This document shows, one piece after another, positions 29,777-41,756 of a stretch of DNA of 64,000 nucleotides. Source of the stretch: an uncultured Methanomicrobiales archaeon (GTDB lineage: Archaea; Halobacteriota; Methanomicrobia; Methanomicrobiales; Methanospirillaceae); the NCBI GenBank assembly GCA_963697895.1, contig OY969100.1, positions 736,001-800,000 on the forward strand. The letters are read 5' to 3'. A program made the translations under genes and the position numbers. The notes beneath the pieces are model-generated. The model searched no databases and was not told where the DNA came from. It saw nothing but the letters and a program-made list of their open reading frames with translations. The stretch's first letter is position 1, and every line of letters begins with the position of its first letter.

Positions 29777-30324
29777 GGCACGAAGTCAGGTTTTCCGGGT
29801 TTGGAGGCCAGGGGATCATCCTCTCGGCAGTAATCCTCGGTCGGGCGGCAGTCATGTACGATAACAAATTTGCCGTCCAGACACAGGTATATGGACCTGA
29901 GGCACGGGGTGGTGCTTCAATGAGTGCGGTAATCATCGATGATGAACCGATATTTTACCCGAAAGTCACCATTCCCGATATCTATGTGATCATGTCACAG
30001 GAGGGGTTTGAAAAGTACGGAGAATCCGCCCCTGCCGGAGCAATCATGCTCCTTGATTCAACATTGGTTCATTCCAGACCCGGCTGCAGGTATTTTGAAA
30101 TTCCGGCTACCCGGGAGGCAAAAGAGACGCTGGGAAGGGATATCGTCGCAAATATCGTGATGCTCGGCGCACTTGTGGTTGCGACACATATCGTAAGCGA
30201 GAAAGCGCTTGAACGAGCGATCCTCGACAGTGTACCCAAAGGTACGGAATCACTCAATCAGAAGGCGATGAAAAAGGGATTCGAATTGGCGGAGAAAGAG
30301 GGGAACAGACATGAAGTTGCTTGA
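29773..30324 (+). CDS. korC: 2-oxoglutarate:ferredoxin oxidoreductase gamma subunit
   Basis: MRHEVRFSGFGGQG, YGPEARGG, NIVMLGA; ATG 29773 overlaps korB stop. Confidence 0.93.
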   Translation: MRHEVRFSGFGGQGIILSAVILGRAAVMYDNKFAVQTQVYGPEARGGASMSAVIIDDEPIFYPKVTIPDIYVIMSQEGFEKYGESAPAGAIMLLDSTLVHSRPGCRYFEIPATREAKETLGRDIVANIVMLGALVVATHIVSEKALERAILDSVPKGTESLNQKAMKKGFELAEKEGNRHEVA

Positions 30325-31399
30325 ATTTGAGGCAAAAAGGTGCATGAATACATACGGTATACCGATTCCGAACCATCTACTGATTCGTTCACCGGAAGAA
30401 CTGAAGGACCATATCCAGAATATCGGCGAGGAGATCGTCCTGAAAGCGCAGGTGGATGTCGGTGGCAGGGGAAAGGCCGGTGGAATCGTCATGGCGACCC
30501 CGTCGGATGTCGCTGTCAAAGCATCAGCCCTTTTTCGGAAGGAGATCAAGGGTCTGCCGGTACATGAAATCCTTGTTGAGGAGAGGCTCCCTATCCTGAA
30601 CGAATACTATCTGAGCATCGCGATCGATCGCTCCTCAAAACAGGCGCTCATCCTCTTTGCCGATGCGGGCGGGGTCGACATAGAGAGGGTCGCACGGGAG
30701 AAACCGGAGGCGGTGAGAAGAGGCTCCGTACCACTCCTTATGCATGATATCCCTCCGTTCATGATTCGAGACCTGCTCGCCGGAGCACCGAAGGAGCTGG
30801 GCGGTCTCATCTCTAAGTTGTACCGGGTATTCTCTGAAAAAGATGCCCTCCTTGCCGAGATCAATCCGCTGGTTACCACCCCCCGCGGGGTATTTGCCGC
30901 CGATGCCAAGATGATCATCGATGACAACTCACTACAGCGACAGGGCATTACGGTGAACAGGGATCTTACCGAGCGAGAGAGGGAGGCGGAAAAACATGGC
31001 TTTTCTTATGTCGAACTGAACGGGCAGATCGGCGTGATCGGAAACGGAGCCGGCCTCACCATGGCAACACTGGATCTCATCGAATATTATGAAGGACGGG
31101 CCGCCAATTTCCTGGATGTCGGCGGTGGTGCCGACCAGGAGCGGGTGATGCATGCCGTGAGACTTGTCGCGAGTGTTCCATCGGTGAAGGTGATCATCGT
31201 CAACCTCCTCGGAGGGATCACTCGTTGTGATGAGGTAGCTCGCGGGATCATCGATGCCGGGGTATCCCAAAAGATAATCGTAAGGCTTGCGGGCACAAAT
31301 GAGGATGATGGCAGAAGACTCCTTACTGCCAAGGGATATGAGATGCTCGACACGATGGAACAGGCTGTTAAGGCTGCGGTCATGGAGGCGGCGGAGTGA
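30311..31399 (+). CDS. sucC: Succinyl-CoA synthetase beta subunit
   Basis: KAQVDVGGRGKAGG, EINPL, GNGAGLTMATLD, ANFLDVGGG. Confidence 0.96.
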   Translation: MKLLEFEAKRCMNTYGIPIPNHLLIRSPEELKDHIQNIGEEIVLKAQVDVGGRGKAGGIVMATPSDVAVKASALFRKEIKGLPVHEILVEERLPILNEYYLSIAIDRSSKQALILFADAGGVDIERVAREKPEAVRRGSVPLLMHDIPPFMIRDLLAGAPKELGGLISKLYRVFSEKDALLAEINPLVTTPRGVFAADAKMIIDDNSLQRQGITVNRDLTEREREAEKHGFSYVELNGQIGVIGNGAGLTMATLDLIEYYEGRAANFLDVGGGADQERVMHAVRLVASVPSVKVIIVNLLGGITRCDEVARGIIDAGVSQKIIVRLAGTNEDDGRRLLTAKGYEMLDTMEQAVKAAVMEAAE

Positions 31400-32262
31400 T
31401 TTACGGCGATAAACGAATGGGGATTATCGTTCAGGGCGCGACCGGTAAGCAGGGGGCATTTCATCTGCAACTGATGAATGAATATGCACGCCAGGTCGGC
31501 GGGAGGGGAGTCGTTGCGGGGGTTACTCCCGGCAAGGCAGGCCAGGAGGTACATGGCGTTCCGGTATACAACAGTATTCGCGATGCACTCCGGGAGCAAG
31601 ATGCATCCGTGAATGTCATATTCGTCCCCGCTGTAGCTGCGGGGGATTCCATTATGGAATCGGCAAGTGCCGGGCTCGACCTAGCGGTCGTTATCACCGA
31701 GCATATTCCCGTGCATGATACCATGACGGCCATCTCATTTGCGGAATTGAACGGATGTGCCGTGATCGGACCGAACTGCCCCGGACTCCTGTCTCCGGAT
31801 GAGATAAAGTTAGGTATCATGCCTGCTCACCTCTCCTCGCGGGGTCAAATCGGGGTCATATCGCGGAGCGGTACCCTTACGTACGAGATCGTGAGCGAAC
31901 TGACCCGGTCAGGTCTGGGTCAGAGCACGATCATTGGAATCGGAGGCGATCCGGTCATCGGTCAGACCTTCGCGGATGTTTTATGTCGGTTCGAGGAAGA
32001 CCCGAAGACCAAAGCGGTCGTCATTATCGGGGAGGTCGGCGGATCGCTGGAAGAGGAAGGAGCACAAGCGACCGACATTCCCCTCGCTGCATATATTGCA
32101 GGTGTATCGGCACCCCCCGAAAAGCGTATGGGTCATGCGGGTGCCATCATCGAAGGAGGAGAAGGAGATGCCCGTTCAAAAATATCGAGGCTCAAGCAAT
32201 TGGGAGTCCCAGTGGCATCCCGCCCATCCGAGATCCCCAGGCTCATTAAAGAACTGATTTGA
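31396..32262 (+). CDS. sucD: Succinyl-CoA synthetase alpha subunit
   Basis: QGATG, IGPNCPG, SRSGTLTYE, MGHAGA. Confidence 0.96.
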   Translation: MIYGDKRMGIIVQGATGKQGAFHLQLMNEYARQVGGRGVVAGVTPGKAGQEVHGVPVYNSIRDALREQDASVNVIFVPAVAAGDSIMESASAGLDLAVVITEHIPVHDTMTAISFAELNGCAVIGPNCPGLLSPDEIKLGIMPAHLSSRGQIGVISRSGTLTYEIVSELTRSGLGQSTIIGIGGDPVIGQTFADVLCRFEEDPKTKAVVIIGEVGGSLEEEGAQATDIPLAAYIAGVSAPPEKRMGHAGAIIEGGEGDARSKISRLKQLGVPVASRPSEIPRLIKELI

Positions 32263-32352
32263 CCCCTGAACCTTTTTTTTAATTCGCAAATGGCCCCATC
32301 TCCCAACACAAAGACATTAAGATCACCCGGTAAATAGTATGATGATTGACGA

Positions 32353-33222
32353 ATGGAACCTGAAGATGAGATAGAGCCGGAATTTAATGCTGATGACGAA
32401 GGAGGATTGGGCAGATATCTACAACCCGGAGAAGAGCTGTTTATATCATCCGAAAATATCGGTATTAAAAAGTTCCTCTTTACCGCATGTCTTACGGACA
32501 GGAGGCTCTTTCTCATCGACCAGAAAGGAGCATGCCTCGGTATAACGGCAAAGGAGATCCCGAAAGAATACATCGTAGAGAGCTATCTTGATGCACCCCC
32601 GGGGACAGACCCGGTTTTGATCCTGTCGATCAAGACAGCGGACGATGAAACCCGGACGATGAAACTGGGATTCCAGCAGTCTGGTGAAGACCGGACCCCG
32701 GAATGCGAGGAGTGGATGGTCTTGTTCAGGGAAGGGAAACGTGCATCCATGGATATATTCACCCCGGGGGAGACATCGGAAAAAGAGATACTTCGGAAAC
32801 CGACCGCCCCTACACTAGTCTGGCCGGCAGAGCCTGCGGTTCAAACCGGATCGAAGGCTGAAGAGATACCACCATCAGCAGGGACATCAGCGCAACCGTA
32901 TGTACCTGCCGTTGATATTGTTTTAAGAGAAACACCGGTTGAAAAAAGGACAAAAGGAGAAACTCCTGATGTTCCGGCAACCAGGAATCGACCGGAACAG
33001 ACGCTGAATACCGGTAATGTAGTTATGTATTGTCACCATTGCGGGAAAAAGATCCCTAAAAATGCGAATTTCTGTCCTTTCTGCGGGACTAAAACACATG
33101 ATCCCGAAAAAGGCGGGAATCCGGCATCTCTACCGAATCCGAATCTGCCTTCAGCAGTAATCGACACGAAACCGGAGAGAAGGTCATTCTGGAAGAAAGT
33201 TTTTGGAAAAGGGAAATCATAA
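32353..33222 (+). CDS. Protein with PH-like N-domain, Pro-rich linker and zinc ribbon
   Basis: LTDRRLFL (PH-like, inferred); CHHCG...FCPFCG; basic amphipathic tail SFWKKVFGK. Confidence 0.8.
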   Translation: MEPEDEIEPEFNADDEGGLGRYLQPGEELFISSENIGIKKFLFTACLTDRRLFLIDQKGACLGITAKEIPKEYIVESYLDAPPGTDPVLILSIKTADDETRTMKLGFQQSGEDRTPECEEWMVLFREGKRASMDIFTPGETSEKEILRKPTAPTLVWPAEPAVQTGSKAEEIPPSAGTSAQPYVPAVDIVLRETPVEKRTKGETPDVPATRNRPEQTLNTGNVVMYCHHCGKKIPKNANFCPFCGTKTHDPEKGGNPASLPNPNLPSAVIDTKPERRSFWKKVFGKGKS

Positions 33223-33695
33223 CCTTTTTTTAGGCGACCATCCAGTTCACTGTCATCTTCATCGGACAGAACGATTCTGTGGGAGTTGGGTCGATCCTGA
33301 TCGCGCGGGACAGCGCGGAACACTGGTCTGTTCTTAATGCTTCAACCCTTTAATTCCACCACTGCAAGAAGAAGGGCAGTTGTTTGGAACCCTTTCATTT
33401 CGCTGGTGATCAGAAGAAAATTCCAGGGGATTTCCGGTTCCTATATGAGGTCCCGATTCCCCATTCGCGACCTCCGTATTTCATGTGATCCTGATAACCG
33501 CCATATATTAGGTTCCCCTACTCCATCAGGAGAGTTTATTATCCGTCAGCATCTGGGGTTCTTTTTCGATTAGTAATTTCAAAGATATTGACTCTCATAA
33601 TCTGAAACAATCATCTTGAAATAGAGGGATAAAGCAATCCTTTAAATGAATTCCGACTCTTTTTATATGGGTACGTACGAGCACTGAGTGATTCC

Positions 33696-34898
33696 ATGCC
33701 GAGAAATATCAGAGTTGAAGCCTTGCGTCAGATTCCATTGGAACGGCAGGAGATCGAGCTGGTCGAGCGCAAGTGTCCGGGGCATCCGGACAGCCTTGCA
33801 GACGGTATTGCTGAGTCTATCAGCCAGGCACTGTCTCTCGCGTATATCGAAGAATGCGGAGGGATCCTCCATCACAATACAGATCAAGGCGAGATCGTGG
33901 CAGGGGAATCGATGCCCCGGTACGGAGGAGGAAAGATCATTCGCCCCATCTACATTCTCCTCGATGGGAGGGCGACAAAGAACTTTAACCATTTCAACAT
34001 TCCCACCGATTCGATTGCGGTCGAAGCTGCCCGTAAGTATCTTCGATCCGTACTTCCGGAGCTGAATCTTGAACGGGATGTGATCGTTGATTGCAAACTG
34101 GGAACGGGATCAACGGATCTTCGTGACGTGTTCCGGCCTTGTGATACGAAGGTCCCACGGGCAAATGATACCTCATTTGGCGTAGGACATGCTCCATTCA
34201 GCGAAACCGAGAGCATAATAAAAGCGGTAAGCGCGTTTATCGATGTCGAGCTCCGTCCGAAATATCCGGTATTTGGACAGGATATTAAGATTATGGGGCT
34301 CCGTGACAAGGATACAATCACACTGACCATCGCCTGTGCAATGGTTGACCGATACTGCTCGGATCTCGCTGAATATCGCGAATATAAAGAAATCATGCAG
34401 CATGAACTCCGTAAAGTTGCAGAAAAGATTAGTGACCGTGATATTCATGTTGTGGTAAATACTGCCGATGATCTCGATCGGGGCATTGTATACCTGACGG
34501 TCACCGGAACATCCGCTGAGATGGGGGATGACGGATCTGTCGGTCGGGGAAACAGGTGCAATGGTCTTATAACCCCGAACAGGCCGATGAGCATGGAGGC
34601 AACCAGTGGGAAGAACCCGATCAACCATATCGGAAAGTTATACAATCTTCTTTCTACGCAGCTTGCAATGGAATGTGCCGGGAAGATCGGAGGAATTGAG
34701 GAATTGTACGTCCGGCTACTTTCCCAAATCGGACAACCCATCGATCATCCGTTAGTGGCAAGTGTGCAGGTTCTGACCAGGCCAGAAGTAGAACTTTCTC
34801 AGATCCGACGGGATATCGAATCCGTTATCGATGACGGGCTGGAGAATATTACCTGCATGACCGAGAAGATTATACGTGGTGAGATCGATACGTTCTGA
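33696..34898 (+). CDS. mat: Archaeal S-adenosylmethionine synthetase
   Basis: [40 protein letters not shown]. Confidence 0.96.
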   Translation: MPRNIRVEALRQIPLERQEIELVERKCPGHPDSLADGIAESISQALSLAYIEECGGILHHNTDQGEIVAGESMPRYGGGKIIRPIYILLDGRATKNFNHFNIPTDSIAVEAARKYLRSVLPELNLERDVIVDCKLGTGSTDLRDVFRPCDTKVPRANDTSFGVGHAPFSETESIIKAVSAFIDVELRPKYPVFGQDIKIMGLRDKDTITLTIACAMVDRYCSDLAEYREYKEIMQHELRKVAEKISDRDIHVVVNTADDLDRGIVYLTVTGTSAEMGDDGSVGRGNRCNGLITPNRPMSMEATSGKNPINHIGKLYNLLSTQLAMECAGKIGGIEELYVRLLSQIGQPIDHPLVASVQVLTRPEVELSQIRRDIESVIDDGLENITCMTEKIIRGEIDTF

Positions 34899-35814
34899 TT
34901 CTGAATCCCTGTCTGAAAATCTCGAGACGAAGGGGGATTGGGCAATTGGGTCCTCCTGCGTCAGACTGGCAATTCCAAACAAAGGAAGAATAGCCATACC
35001 GATCAGGGATCTTTTGGAAAAAAGCGGGCTTCATCTCATCGACAACGGCGAGAGGCGACTGATCAGCGCCACTGTCGACCCGGAGGTCGAGGTATTGTTT
35101 GCACGGCCGGTGGACATCCCGGAATATGTCACAAATGGTGCGGCAGATATCGGGATCACCGGTCATGACATGGTGCTGGAACGCTGTGCAGATGTTGAAG
35201 AATTGCTCGATCTCCAGTTGGGCAGAGCCACCCTTGTCCTTGCGGTTCAAGAGGACTCCCCTGCAGAACAGGTTTCGGACCTGGGAGGATCGAGGATCGC
35301 CACGGAATTTCCGATGATAACCCGGAATTACTTCAGGGAACGCGGTCTGTCGGTAACTGTTTTCCCAGTCGGCGGCGCATGTGAAGTGACTCCTCACCTC
35401 GGCATTGCAGAAGCGATCGTCGATCTCACCAGTTCGGGCAACACGCTCCGACAGAACCGGCTCCGGATCCTGGACAGGATACTCGAGACGAGCACGGTAC
35501 TTATCGCAAACCATGATGCGCGGTTAAGAAAATCACAGAAAATTGAGGAGATCTGCCTTGCACTCGAAAGTGTGATTCGCGCCAGGGGACAATGCTACCT
35601 TATGATGAATGTAAAGCGTTCCGCCTTGGATTCAATCAGAAGGGAATTGCCGGGGCTTTCAGGGCCAACCGTGATGGAAGTTGCATCCGCCGAGGACCTG
35701 GTCGCAGTCCATGCCGTTGTTGGTGAGCAACAGGTATACCGCCTGATCAACGCCCTCAAAAGAGCCGGGGCTAAGGACATTCTTGTGATGCCCATCGAAC
35801 GGATGATCAGGTGA
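34876..35814 (+). CDS. hisG: ATP phosphoribosyltransferase (long form)
   Basis: [35 protein letters not shown]; start uncertain. Confidence 0.95.
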   Translation: MVRSIRSDSESLSENLETKGDWAIGSSCVRLAIPNKGRIAIPIRDLLEKSGLHLIDNGERRLISATVDPEVEVLFARPVDIPEYVTNGAADIGITGHDMVLERCADVEELLDLQLGRATLVLAVQEDSPAEQVSDLGGSRIATEFPMITRNYFRERGLSVTVFPVGGACEVTPHLGIAEAIVDLTSSGNTLRQNRLRILDRILETSTVLIANHDARLRKSQKIEEICLALESVIRARGQCYLMMNVKRSALDSIRRELPGLSGPTVMEVASAEDLVAVHAVVGEQQVYRLINALKRAGAKDILVMPIERMIR

Positions 35815-35818
35815 AGGT

Positions 35819-36529
35819 ATGAAGATATTTCCTGCAGTTGACATTCTCGAAGGAAAGTGTGTTCAGCTTGTACAGGGAAGACCAGAAACCGCAACGATCT
35901 ATGGTGATCCGGTGCTCGCCGCGAAACGATGGATTTATGAAGGGGCCGGCGCACTCCATGTAATAAATCTGGATGGTGCATTCGGAAGATCGGATAAAAA
36001 TGCAGCTCTAATCCGGGAATTGATCCGCGAGACCGGAGTGAAGATCCAGATCGGCGGGGGTATCCGGACAATGACAGATGCTGCAGAATGGATCCGTATC
36101 GGGGTCGAACGGGTTATTCTTGGGACGCTCGCGGTCCGTTCACCCGATATCATTCGTTCCCTCGCAGAAGAATTCGGATCCTACCGGGTGATGGCCAGTG
36201 TAGACGCACGAGGCGGTCGGGTTGCCATCGAGGGGTGGCAACAGTTGGGAGGGGATTTTATCGAATTTGCCCATCTTTTCGAGGAAATGGGGGCAGGCTC
36301 GATTCTCTACACGAACGTGGATATCGAGGGGCTGCAAGGAGGCGTTAAAATGGATCCGGTGCGGAGGCTGATCCGGGAAACACGGTTACCGTTAACCGTC
36401 GCGGGAGGGATTTCTTCGAAAGAAGATCTTATCGCACTCCGCGATGCCGGAGTAGATGGAGCGGTTCTTGGTTCGGCACTCTATAGCGGCCGGTTACCTT
36501 TGCGTGAGGCACTCGAGGTAGGCATATGA
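35819..36529 (+). CDS. hisA: ProFAR isomerase
   Basis: [26 protein letters not shown]. Confidence 0.95.
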   Translation: MKIFPAVDILEGKCVQLVQGRPETATIYGDPVLAAKRWIYEGAGALHVINLDGAFGRSDKNAALIRELIRETGVKIQIGGGIRTMTDAAEWIRIGVERVILGTLAVRSPDIIRSLAEEFGSYRVMASVDARGGRVAIEGWQQLGGDFIEFAHLFEEMGAGSILYTNVDIEGLQGGVKMDPVRRLIRETRLPLTVAGGISSKEDLIALRDAGVDGAVLGSALYSGRLPLREALEVGI

Positions 36530-37110
36530 GACGGAGTGAATTGAATCGGAAAACAGGGGAGACCCATATCCGGGTCGTTCTCGATTTTGACAGCACAGGA
36601 AACAGTGAGATCAGAACAGGAATTCCTTTTTTTGACCACATGCTGTACGCGGCCGCATATCATGGCGGGTTTGACCTCGTCTGCCAGGCGCAGGGTGATC
36701 TAGAGGTTGACTACCACCATACGGTCGAGGATGTCGGGATCGTTCTGGGAGATGCGATAAAATTGGCTGTCAACGGCGGAAGGGGAATGAAACGGTTTGC
36801 ACACGCAATCGTGCCAATGGATGAAGCACTTGCCACGGTTGCACTCGATTGCGGCGGACGGGGATACCTCGTGTATCGGGGCCGTTTCAATGGCGCCCTG
36901 GTCGGGGGAATGGACCGGGACATCTTCGAACATTTCTTCTATAGTATGTGTACGCATGGCGGGATAACGGCACATTTCAACTTTGAGGGTAGAAATGATC
37001 ACCATCAATGCGAGGCGATATTCAAGGCATTTGGCCTCGCTCTCGGGGATTCAGTATCAATCAAACCAGGCCGGCCCGACGAGATCCCCAGCACAAAAGG
37101 AGTGTTGTAA
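36526..37110 (+). CDS. hisB: Imidazoleglycerol-phosphate dehydratase
   Basis: [31 protein letters not shown]. Confidence 0.97.
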   Translation: MRRSELNRKTGETHIRVVLDFDSTGNSEIRTGIPFFDHMLYAAAYHGGFDLVCQAQGDLEVDYHHTVEDVGIVLGDAIKLAVNGGRGMKRFAHAIVPMDEALATVALDCGGRGYLVYRGRFNGALVGGMDRDIFEHFFYSMCTHGGITAHFNFEGRNDHHQCEAIFKAFGLALGDSVSIKPGRPDEIPSTKGVL

Positions 37111-37144
37111 TCCGGTCCGGCATTAAAATACAGATTGAAGTTTC

Positions 37145-37531
37145 TTATAGATTACTGGCGGAAGACTGACCGTGGAGAATTTTGGAAATGGCTTCACGCG
37201 CCGCCACCCTGACAAAGCAGTTTTCATCACTGCAGGTCATCCTGAGCGGTTCAAGGGCACGGATATCCCCCAGATTTCCGATGGCTTCGGCCGTCACGTA
37301 GCGGATATCATAATCTCTATCTGATAATAGTGTGACCAGATGATCGTATGATCGTCGATCCCGGGTAGATCCAAGACCAGAAATCGCCGCGATGCGAATT
37401 CGTTTGTTCTGATCTCCGAGGGCCAGCATCAGGTCTTCCACGAAAGGCTGGCCGACGGTCCCGGGATCGGGATCTGGTTTGACGATGTTATGCCCGGTCT
37501 TTTCCGTCAATTGCTGCATATTCAACGGCAT
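37145..37531 (-). CDS. HEAT-repeat (PBS lyase-like) protein
   Basis: Three L.D....VR..AA.ALG.-type repeats. Confidence 0.85.
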   Translation of the reverse strand: MPLNMQQLTEKTGHNIVKPDPDPGTVGQPFVEDLMLALGDQNKRIRIAAISGLGSTRDRRSYDHLVTLLSDRDYDIRYVTAEAIGNLGDIRALEPLRMTCSDENCFVRVAAREAISKILHGQSSASNL

Positions 37532-37728
37532 CTCCCCCCAACCTTCTTTTAGAAGGATGATAGACCGTTGTTTTCACAATTTAAGAAAATTCGCCCGTCA
37601 GATCTGCATGGCAAATATTTAATAATAAGAATTGATCAGCAAACCAGTTGTTCCCAATAAAAGGATGAAATTAGTACCGATTGAAGAAAACAACAAAATC
37701 AGAACTTATTCAAAGAAAAGAAGTGAAT

Positions 37729-37935
37729 TCAGGCGGACTTTGCCGCGAGTTCAACGTCCTCTTCCTTGATGGTCTTCCTTCCAGCATGCATTGCAAGCCT
37801 GTTTGCCTCTTTGGTGAGGTTTGCAATGTAGTCTTCAGCTTTTCCCACGAGAGCAGCAGCAGCATCGCTTCCGACTCTCTCTGCGCCATTCTTCTTTGCA
37901 ATTCTTACAACTGCAGCAATAGGTAAATCTGCCAT
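37729..37935 (-). CDS. Archaeal histone (HMf-like)
   Basis: LPIAAVVRI...GAERV...HAGRKTIKEEDV; GAGGT SD; TTTATA upstream. Confidence 0.96.
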   Translation of the reverse strand: MADLPIAAVVRIAKKNGAERVGSDAAAALVGKAEDYIANLTKEANRLAMHAGRKTIKEEDVELAAKSA

Positions 37936-38131
37936 TTATATTACCTCAATCAAAAGTGTATCAGCAACTATATAAATGTTTCTGGAATATGGTCCAAATT
38001 TTTGTTGATTGCCTTATCGGTGGACACTCTGAAGCTTTAATAGATCGATCGGGAAGAGCGCTGGAAGCATGATCAAAAGGGTATAAAATAACTCTTGTTT
38101 CCATAAAAAAGCAAATAATCCCGTAGAATAA

Positions 38132-38878
38132 TTATTTTGCAAGCAAATCAGCAAGCATTAAAGCATTCGTATAATCTGGTGAGGCGCGCGAGGTATCCAC
38201 AAAAATTCTGCCGACATTCACCACAGGGGCGCCGTGTGTTCTGCCAGATCCAAGAAAGATCAATGTTCGGAAGATCAAATTGCCGGTAATACCGTCCGGT
38301 GCTATGATAATACCGCAATCCTGGATTGCTCCCTCAATCAATATCTCATAATGTGTTGCATCCCCGAGCCGGGCAACCAGCACCCCCATGGCAAGACTCG
38401 TGTCTACAGCGGGATAACGCCCGATATCTCCATACCGGCCACCCGAGAGAACCCCTACCCTGTCCGGAAGACCGAGACGTTCGGCAATTGCCTTTCCTCC
38501 ACGGATCAAACTGAGTTTCTCCGATACTGTCCATCCTTCATCAACCCCGACCGGACCAAGGAGAAATTTCCTTCCTCCCGCTGTTTCGAGGAGGGCAATC
38601 CGTTCCAGGTGATCGACCCCTGCAGCCTGCCGCAGACGCTGAAGAGTAGTATTGGCAGTGAATGTACCACGAACTGCCGCATTGATCCGGCCGGTTATCA
38701 GGTCTTTGATCAACTGATCTTCCGGGCTGGCATGCTCTATAACGGGAATATTCCCGACCCCCCGGCCTATGGTTCCGGGCCGGCTATAGCAAATGATCTC
38801 CGCAGACAGGCGTGATTTTTGTATACTATCAAGAACCCTCTCTGCCTCCCCGGCAACACCGATACCGATCTTTTTCAT
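38132..38878 (-). CDS. mtxX: Methanogenesis marker MtxX
   Basis: AAVRGT, PVGVDEG, LSGGR, APDGITGNLIFRTL, FVDTSR. Confidence 0.9.
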   Translation of the reverse strand: MKKIGIGVAGEAERVLDSIQKSRLSAEIICYSRPGTIGRGVGNIPVIEHASPEDQLIKDLITGRINAAVRGTFTANTTLQRLRQAAGVDHLERIALLETAGGRKFLLGPVGVDEGWTVSEKLSLIRGGKAIAERLGLPDRVGVLSGGRYGDIGRYPAVDTSLAMGVLVARLGDATHYEILIEGAIQDCGIIIAPDGITGNLIFRTLIFLGSGRTHGAPVVNVGRIFVDTSRASPDYTNALMLADLLAK

Positions 38879-39891
38879 GGACAGGATCCCGGACCGGTGA
38901 ATAACCCCATGATACCATTATGGGTGAAATCGAAGACTGATGAATCTTCTCCACGATAAGTGATCCGCAACTCACGACTGTCGTCTACTGTCCCTATGCA
39001 TCGTGCTGTCATACCAACGCGGGCAAACCGACTGCATATCTCATCAAGGTGTTCTTCCCGGGCAGTCAGAATGAACCCCATTCCAGGATACATACGCACC
39101 CATTGTTCAAAGGTCAACCCGTGACATTCCATATCCGGCCGGGGTATTGCATCCAGATCGATTGTCGCGCCCTTTCCGCTTACTTCCAGGAGCATTCCCA
39201 GTGTCCCGATAATTCCCGGGTTACTGATGTCTTTTCCGGCCGTTACGAGGTGTTCCCGCCCGAGCTCCTCAAGGAGACGTATCTGTCTGCGGACCTGTTC
39301 CGAAGATTTCATCGTGACCGAGTCCCAGTTCAGGATACACGAGGGATGCACGCGCCCGTCGATATCTATCGCGGCCACGACCCGATTCCCCCTCTCCGCC
39401 GTATGACTGTAGATCACGGAATCACGCTTCGCTATGCCAAGGATTGCAACATCAATCACGCTGTAGGGAGTATCCGGATGCAGATGTCCTCCCACGATCG
39501 GTACATTGAACTGGAGCGATGCATCATGCATCCCTTCGATCACCTTCTTTTCGATCTCCGGATTTGCAATAGAGAGAACATCGACCATTGCAATGGGCTT
39601 TCCCCCCATTGCCGCGATATCATGAATATTAACCAGAACAGAACAATATCCCGCCCAATAGGGATCCGCCTCCATGAGCCTGCTCCATATCCCGTCCGCA
39701 GCAAGAAGAAGGGCTTCGTCATCATGGCTGATAACCGCTGCATCCTCACCGAACGAAGCAATAACATCAGGGGCATCGATACGTATCGCTTTGACCATTT
39801 CTCCAATGGCATGTTTTCGTCGTACACCTTCGTATTCCCTGACGACGGTTGCAATTCGTGCGGTGGAGCAGCTGTTGACCAAGGTATTCAC
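38875..39891 (-). CDS. Methanogenesis marker protein 2 (PurM/SelD-like)
   Basis: YEGVRRK, FGEDAAVI, AADGIW, GGHLHPD, GKDISNPG. Confidence 0.9.
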   Translation of the reverse strand: MNTLVNSCSTARIATVVREYEGVRRKHAIGEMVKAIRIDAPDVIASFGEDAAVISHDDEALLLAADGIWSRLMEADPYWAGYCSVLVNIHDIAAMGGKPIAMVDVLSIANPEIEKKVIEGMHDASLQFNVPIVGGHLHPDTPYSVIDVAILGIAKRDSVIYSHTAERGNRVVAAIDIDGRVHPSCILNWDSVTMKSSEQVRRQIRLLEELGREHLVTAGKDISNPGIIGTLGMLLEVSGKGATIDLDAIPRPDMECHGLTFEQWVRMYPGMGFILTAREEHLDEICSRFARVGMTARCIGTVDDSRELRITYRGEDSSVFDFTHNGIMGLFTGPGSCP

Positions 39892-39969
39892 CGACTCTGA
39901 AAAAGTCTGTTTAGGTTATCTCTCTTCATCAGACATAATTTATTTGATTAGCGGAGCCGATCTGTCTCT

Positions 39970-41346
39970 ATGGACTGGGCGGAAAAATACCGTCCCCAAC
40001 GGCTTGATGAAGTTGTAGGAAACTCCCCTGCTCTTCGCCGGATGTATGAGTGGGGAATTTTCTGGACGCGGAAATCCCCCCCTCTCATCCTGTATGGGAA
40101 ACCGGGCACAGGAAAGACCTCGAGCGCTCACGCACTTGCCGTGGATATGGGATGGGAGGTAATTGAACTCAATGCAAGCGATCAGCGAACAAAAGCAGTG
40201 ATAGAAAGGATTGCGGGTATCAGCAGTATGACCGGAAGCCTCATGGGAGCATCCAGAAAGCTGATCATCCTTGACGAAGCGGATAACCTGCAGGGCACCG
40301 CAGACCGGGGAGGCGCACGGGCAATCATCGATGTGATCCGTAAGGCGCAGCAACCGATCATCCTGATTGCAAATGATCTCCATGATCTTGCAGCGGAGCT
40401 GCGATCGCAGTGCGAACCGGTCCAGTTTCGTGCACTCCAGGCACGCTCAATCGCCCCCCGGTTGCGATTTATATGTGCATCGGAAGGAATACAATGCACT
40501 GATACCGCTCTGCGGGAACTGTCTGAAGTTGCCAGGGGCGATATGCGCCAGGCAATTAACACGCTCTATGCATCGGCGATTGGAAGAACTACACTCGATG
40601 AATCACAGATCCGTGTTTCCCGGAAAGATGAGAGATCAACGATATTCGATCTGGTAGCCGCGGTTTTTGGCGCGAAACCGGGCGACGAGTTGCTGCAGAT
40701 CTCATATGAAGTAGACGAGACCCCCGACACAATAGAACAGTGGCTTGAGGCGAATGTCCACCATATTCATGATCATGTCAGCATTACACAGGCATACCAA
40801 TGCCTGTCCAGGGCTGATGAATACATCGGTTACACCTACCGCCAGCAACACTACACACTCTGGCGGTATGCGACCACATTGATGCTCCTGGGAGTCTCCC
40901 GTGCGTCTAGGGCATGCGGCATCCATGCCCGGATAACAATACCGGCGCGATGGAAGCGGATGGCCGGGTACAGAAAACAGAAATCGGTCAGATCGGCTCT
41001 GACGACCCGACTTGCGGAAATACTTCATATGGCACAGCATACTCTGCGAGAAGGTTACACGGATATGATCGCGTCCCTTATCGACCGTGATCCGTTCAGT
41101 TATGTTGAAGAGTTCGAAATGGATGCAGAGGAATTAACCCTGTTCATTCATGATAAAAGCCGGGCCAGTGAGACCATGAAACAGCTCGCTTTCCGTGAGG
41201 AACAGAGGGAAAAGCAAAAAAAAGAGCAGGAAAAGGCCCGGCAAAAAGAGGAGAAACGAAGGGAGAAGGAACGGACGAGCGTTTCCCCGCCGGATTCCGA
41301 TAAAAAGAGAACTGAGCGGCGTCAGGCGACTCTCGATGGGTTCTGA
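39970..41346 (+). CDS. rfcL: Replication factor C large subunit
   Basis: [26 protein letters not shown]-terminal PIP box QATLDGF. Confidence 0.96.
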   Translation: MDWAEKYRPQRLDEVVGNSPALRRMYEWGIFWTRKSPPLILYGKPGTGKTSSAHALAVDMGWEVIELNASDQRTKAVIERIAGISSMTGSLMGASRKLIILDEADNLQGTADRGGARAIIDVIRKAQQPIILIANDLHDLAAELRSQCEPVQFRALQARSIAPRLRFICASEGIQCTDTALRELSEVARGDMRQAINTLYASAIGRTTLDESQIRVSRKDERSTIFDLVAAVFGAKPGDELLQISYEVDETPDTIEQWLEANVHHIHDHVSITQAYQCLSRADEYIGYTYRQQHYTLWRYATTLMLLGVSRASRACGIHARITIPARWKRMAGYRKQKSVRSALTTRLAEILHMAQHTLREGYTDMIASLIDRDPFSYVEEFEMDAEELTLFIHDKSRASETMKQLAFREEQREKQKKEQEKARQKEEKRREKERTSVSPPDSDKKRTERRQATLDGF

Positions 41347-41738
41347 CGGTGATAGTAGTGCAGGATGACTCCACAGTCGATCAGCTCCCCGCCGTCCCCG
41401 TACCATTCGAATCCCAGGTGATATACGAGCAGATCGGCATTGACCAGACTGGCAAGGGCGATGAGTGGAGCTATCATCTCTTCTCCCGGGCGGATTGCAT
41501 AAAGAAGATCTGCATGTTCGTAGATTCGCAGATCAGGTTTGCATATATCATCGCAGAAAAATGAGAGACTGCCGGGGAGTACGCTCGGCAGGATATCCGT
41601 GCAACAGATTTCTGTTCCCGCCCCCCGTATAATCTCGGCGGCTGTCGTGTTACCCCCCACTCCGATCTCCACTACACGCCGGTATTTATCTGCAATATAC
41701 CTGCCGATATGCCGTTCAATATATTTATCCCCGGCCAT
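41322..41738 (-). CDS. UPF0146 family protein
   Basis: VVEIGVG, DDI..PD..IY..ADL.YAIRP; start MAGDKYIE at 41738. Confidence 0.88.
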   Translation of the reverse strand: MAGDKYIERHIGRYIADKYRRVVEIGVGGNTTAAEIIRGAGTEICCTDILPSVLPGSLSFFCDDICKPDLRIYEHADLLYAIRPGEEMIAPLIALASLVNADLLVYHLGFEWYGDGGELIDCGVILHYYHRQNPSRVA

Positions 41739-41756
41739 TGCAGAACATATTAGTTG

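Noticed and set aside
27622-32262. korDABC-sucCD cluster as a novelty
   Set aside because: Expected partial reductive TCA route to 2-oxoglutarate in hydrogenotrophic methanogens.
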